DNA of 63,659 bases, filler included, from Lenisia limosa (taxonomy: Eukaryota > Protista > Breviatea): NCBI GenBank assembly GCA_001655205.1. It is 15 parts of 15 records of this genome, joined end to end, with 100 filler letters (N's around TTAATTAATTAA, not from the genome) between each part and the next. Parts side by side here need not be neighbours in the genome. Positions count along the whole stretch, not along the records: positions 59,186 to 62,355 come from LPNZ01006085.1; positions 62,456 to 63,659 come from LPNZ01006657.1; 13 more parts are not named here. One strand, 5' to 3'. Under the pieces are notes generated by a model, which made no database searches, was not told the origin of the DNA, and saw nothing but the letters and a program-made list of their open reading frames with translations. The position numbers and the translations under genes are program-made. This document shows, one piece after another, positions 59,253 through 63,659 of this stretch; the stretch's first letter is position 1, and every line of letters begins with the position of its first letter.

Positions 59253-62200
59253 TCTGGATAATTGACGCGATTGTGGTCACCGACGCGCCAATGCGATGAA
59301 GTGGCCTAAAATGTGACCCAATAGCTAGTCATGAAACGAACCCAAAAATAATTCTTGATTTATTTCGAAATACATCTGTTTATCTAGGTATAGTCCCCCA
59401 CCGAAGAGAAGCTAGGAAGAGCACGATTGTAATGATGAAGAGTACTACCAAAAAGGCAGAAGTGAAGAAGAACTAAAGCGTCAGAAATCTGTTCCAACAA
59501 CACCAATGGGGTTTCGAATATTCCCTAAGAGATTTGCTTCTTATGTTCCATTGGAACTGATATTAGAAGAAAGAGACACCACCCACTCCCCATTCAATAC
59601 CCCCAAAGATCCTCCCAAATCTCCCCATTCAGACACACACAGCCACGAAGATATGAGACACACAGACCCCCACTAAGACAATAAATCACCCAGACGACGA
59701 ATAGACATAATCCCACCATCCCACTATGACAATAGCCCCCCCCCCTACAAAGACAGGGCTGCTGTTGCATGTGACACAGGTGCCTCTCGAGCGGAATGTT
59801 TTGGTGTCGTTGCCGATGGCCACACACCGACTGCACATGTAACCATCATAGCCTTCCGTGCAGCTGTGGGGGGTAAGCGGAAAATATATGAAACAAAAAA
59901 GAGCCCAAAATCAACTCTGTCGGCTGACAGGGGGGTGATGGAATGATGATGGGATGAATGAGGNNNNNNNNNNNNNNNNNNNNNNNNNNNNNNNNNNNNN
60001 NNNNNNNNNNNNNNNNNNNNNNNNNNNNNNNNNNNNNNNNNNNNNNNNNNNNNNNNNNNNNNNNNNNNNNNNNNNNNNAAAGGGCAATAATAATAATGGA
60101 ATTATGACATAGCAATTAATGGGTGTTTTTTTTGGTGGGGGTGGGGGGTGGTGTATTTGCTTAATGAAATCCCTATGTTTATTAATGCTTGTGTTTTCCT
60201 AGATTAGTATTATACATCTGCATGTAACATATAGCATCAAATGGGAGAGATGTTCACAGGTATTAACTACAAATGAAACGGAACAAATCATTGAATGAAG
60301 ATCACAACAACATTGGATGAAAGATCACAACAGCATACGATGAAGGATGGGATATTGTCAACGTTGGTCTTTTCTTCAGCAGAAAGCGGCGAAATGCGAA
60401 CAGCAAACCACTCAGGGGTAGCTAAACAGTGAAAACGAAACATCATTTTATATTACCCCCCACTCTCCTAACAATTATTTATTCAGAAAAACACCCCACA
60501 CCCACACACACGATTTCCCTACTAACTATCACCAAAGACACCTTCCACCCACCAATTCCTTGCTCCAGGAAATAGCCATCTTTGACTGAAACAGTGTCAC
60601 CCTGGCAAGTTGCTCCTTTGTTGTGAGTAGGAGTGGGACATAACGATGAAGTTAATAAACCAATTATTCAATTCCCAAAGAGCCCGTTCAGTCAATTTAA
60701 CAAAATCCATTTCAAACCCTTGTAATTAATTCCAAATTTATTTTAGTTAATTTAATCAACAACAAATTAGAGCGTTGAGTCCTATTCCAAGGCGAGTTTG
60801 TGCTAACCAAAACCAGTAACACCCCCCACCCTCGGGACAAGTCCCACAGGCCGAGCCAGAGTAGCCGTAGTAGCCTGCTGTGCATTGACACTGTTCTAAG
60901 CTGCTGCTTCCAGCCCTGGGTGGTGAGAACCATTTGGAATGCAAGAAAAGTGGATACAAGGGTTATATCTAGGCATTCACTTCGCTACAAAAAGACTGGG
61001 CTTCTCAATAAATCCTCAAAAAATATCGATACTTGACCGGTAAGGGGGGGGGGGGGTAAANNNNNNNNNNNNNNNNNNNNNNNNNNNNNNNNNNNNNNNN
61101 NNNNNNNNNNNNNNNNNNNNNNNNNNNNNNNNNNNNNNNNNNNNNNNNNNNNNNNNNNNNNNNNNNNNNNNNNNNNNNNNNNNNNNNNNNNNNNNNNNNN
61201 NNNNNNNNNNNNNNNNNNNNNNNNNNNNNNNNNNNNNNNNNNNNNNNNNNNNNNNNNNNNNNNNNNNNNNNNNNNNNNNNNNNNNNNNNNNNNNNNNNNN
61301 NNNNNNNNNNNNNNNNNNNNNNNNNNNNNNNNNNNNNNNNNNNNNNNNNTTTGGTGGTTTGCCTTTATACCAAAATGGCCGAGGTGCGTACTGGTTTGTC
61401 TTTGTAACGTGTTTTTATTGTATCTAGGGCTTCACTTCGGTTCGAACTGAATTTCTCTATAATACCTCGAAAACTATCGATATTTTCCCGAACCGAAGTG
61501 AATCATTCATGGTATCCATCACCACGCTGATAAGAGATAATGAATTATAGTATAATATTAATTCACCCAATCATTGTGTTTCTAGATTGTATTAATATTT
61601 ATGCCGCATATTGAAAAAGTGAATGGGTAATTCTTTAACTTTACATCTAATAACTGGAGATTTTCACCCATTGAAGTGTCACCTATACGAAGCAAAGCAC
61701 CCACCCCACCTATATGTTGTCGCGTGCGTGGGACACGAGATACACGCAGACTGACCCTCAGAGGGCTACATGGGTGAAATGAGGTGTCATCTTCAAACCC
61801 ATAGCAAAGACTGAATGTGCATTGTAATAATATGATCATATTATAGCATGATATAAGGGAGATTTGTTCATTCAGAGAAGTGGCCCAAATATCCATTAAT
61901 ACCCACCTGGTACTCTGTTTCGCCGCAAGGAGCGCACTCGGTTCTAATGGGATAAAGTGGTACAGGAGGGCCATCGTCAATATTTGATCATATAATTGTA
62001 TTGCATAGTAATATGTAACCAGTTCGAAGTGGATAGCAAGGTGAAGTCATCATCCTACATACAACATGTATATCAAGATATAGCATGTATGTATTGGGTT
62101 AATACTGTATTCATCCCACTCCTCCATATTCCTTTTTAAATCCCTTCATCACTCCTCCATATTCCTTTTTACATCCCTTTGTTTACAAGCTTGAGCAAAG

Positions 62201-62311
62201 CCCATCTCCCCCATACGCTTGAGCATCGGTGTTATAAGTTCCGACGGGACAAGCACGGCAGTCGTAGTTATCAAGCTTATAGAATCCGGGGTCGCATCCT
62301 GAGGTGTAAAG
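59253..62311 (-). CDS. Cys-rich GCC2/GCC3-repeat surface receptor ectodomain plus first TM (partial)
   Basis: GCDPGFYKLDNYDCRACPVGTYNTDAQA|TECAPCGETEYQ, SSSLEQCQCTAGYYGYSGSACGTCPE|GATCQGDTVSVKDGYF, CTEGYDGYMCSRC...GTCVTC, LFIITIVLFLASLR. Confidence 0.82.
59864..59935 (-). repeat. Dispersed repeat family C copy ending at an intron 3' splice site
   Basis: Minus strand TGTCAGCCGACAGAGTTGATTTTGGGCTCTTTTTTGTTTCATATATTTTCCGCTTACCCCCCACAG|exon. Confidence 0.75.
61425..61508. mobile_element. MITE family A copy
   Basis: TAGGGCTTCACTTCGGTTCGAA...CGAACCGAAGTGAATCATTC; TSD ATTGTATC/ATGGTATC (7/8). Confidence 0.85.
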
Positions 62312-62489
62312 CTGGGGAAAAGAGCGAGTGTGAATCGTGTTATTTATCGTGGCGGNNNNNNNNNNNNNNNNNNNNNNNNNNNNNNNNNNNNNNNNNNNNT
62401 TAATTAATTAANNNNNNNNNNNNNNNNNNNNNNNNNNNNNNNNNNNNNNNNNNNNCAGAAAAAAAAAAAAAAACAACAACATATGTAGA

Positions 62490-63659
62490 TACCATGAAAA
62501 AAAAACCCCATCGTACTCCTCCTGCTTTGAAGGAGTTCACTCCTCGATAAATCAACTAACATCAAATAATATATAATAGATATGTTGTATCTGGCCGAAG
62601 CCGTCTACACCATCACGCTTATAAGAGATATTGGATTATTAATTCACCCAATCATTTGTCTAAAAACTTTTTGCACACAGCTTTCTGCCTGCCTCCGCAG
62701 CATACCGTAATACATGTAAATTTCGGGGAAAGCAACAATCGATTTATCGAGAAATTCAGTCTTTTTTTGGGAGCGAAGAAAAACCAATCTTTTTCGGGCC
62801 GGAGTGAAGCCGTAACTCTGATCCAATTAGCAACGTCAAGAAGGGCTTTGCAAGCGGACTGGGTCAGAGGCCCCGTGAAGAGGTGGGGGGATGACGAGGA
62901 AAATTCATTCGCGGTCATGTGCAGCATTTTTAGGTTAGCTAATTNNNNNNNNNNNNNNNNNNNNNNNNNNNNNNNNNNNNNNNNNNNNNNNNNNNNNNNN
63001 NNNNNNNNNNNNNNNNNNNNNNNNNNNNNNNNNNNNNNNNNNNNNNNNNNNNNNNNNNNNNNNNNNNNNNNNNNNCTCGTCAAAGTCCTCGAAGAAAAGG
63101 GCTATGTGGGCTTGGGCCGTCAGGAGGAAGCAAAAAAAAAAGCAAAAAAAAATAATAGCTCAAATGCTAGGCTTGAAACAGGAGGAGTATGGTAGCATGG
63201 TCATGAGGTGTTGAGTGATAGTGAGGGTTGAGTTTCGCTCCCATCACAAAACTGCATTTCTCGATAAATCCTCGATAATTCCTTATTTCGGTCTTTTTCG
63301 GAACGTAAGGAGCCCTGGTGTCAACTCAAGGGTTGTTATGTAGTAAAGTCTATTGAAGCTTGGATCATAACGATAAGGCAGTTAAGGGAAGATTGGGGCG
63401 CGCGCTAGAGTGAGTTTGGGCTCCCGAGAAATTGAAAAGAAATAAGGAAATTGAGAATAAATAAGGTAATATTTTTGAAGTAAAGTCTCTATTGAAGCTA
63501 GGAATATGTTAATGATAGGGAAAAGATTCTAGAAATTTGCTTGCAGAGTTGATTTTGGGTTTTTTAAAAGTATAGTCTATTTGTACTTCACTGTCGCTCT
63601 TCTGACGAAGCAGGAAATCGGCGGCGAAATTGATGCGCTTGAAGGCAGTTTTGTCGGCC
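62490..63659 (-). CDS. Hypothetical protein fragments
   Basis: Exon-like blocks ADKTAFKRINFAADFLLRQKSDSE|gt, LFFEDFDE and SACKALLDVANWIR|gt. Confidence 0.35.
62584..62652. repeat. Dispersed repeat family B copy
   Basis: GTTGTATCTGGCCGAAGCCGTCTACACCATCACGCTTATAAGAGATATTGGATTATTAATTCACCCAATC. Confidence 0.72.

Noticed and set aside
34163-63659. Functional clustering or synteny among neighbouring genes (for example TFIIIC next to a tRNA and BBS8 next to receptors)
   Set aside because: Most neighbours are separated by artificial linkers; TFIIIC-like gene and tRNA share a contig, but one adjacency is not evidence

Overview
Eukaryotic, intron-dense genomic DNA from an AT-rich flagellated protist (BBS8 present; lineage not determinable from sequence alone). 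It uses the standard genetic code: conserved genes end in TAA or TAG, and introns are GT-AG. The window is not contiguous. Fourteen artificial 100-bp spacers (N44-TTAATTAATTAA-N44) join 15 unlinked contigs, and many further internal N gaps abut poly-G or poly-C runs. Most genes are invisible or garbled in the ORF track and were reconstructed by manual splicing. Recognised genes: PDR/ABCG transporter (C-terminal half), NAP/SET histone chaperone, DUF1764 protein, CWF19L2, a short synaptobrevin, UBC13, RPS27, an ELO elongase, a RasGAP, a WW-domain C-terminus and BBS8/TTC8. Tentative calls are ALG3-like and TFIIIC GTF3C1-like genes, two paralogous Cys-rich (GCC2/GCC3-type) multipass receptors, a 3' tRNA fragment and several hypothetical genes. 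Most notable: (1) an abundant 70-100 bp hAT-type MITE with perfect 8-bp TSDs, mostly intronic; (2) two further short dispersed repeat families, one ending in poly-C that coincides with 3' splice sites; (3) an intron-containing gene with two tandem clan-CE (Ulp1/adenain-like) cysteine protease domains; (4) short tandem duplications that straddle splice sites. No rRNA, CRISPR array or transposase ORF was found.
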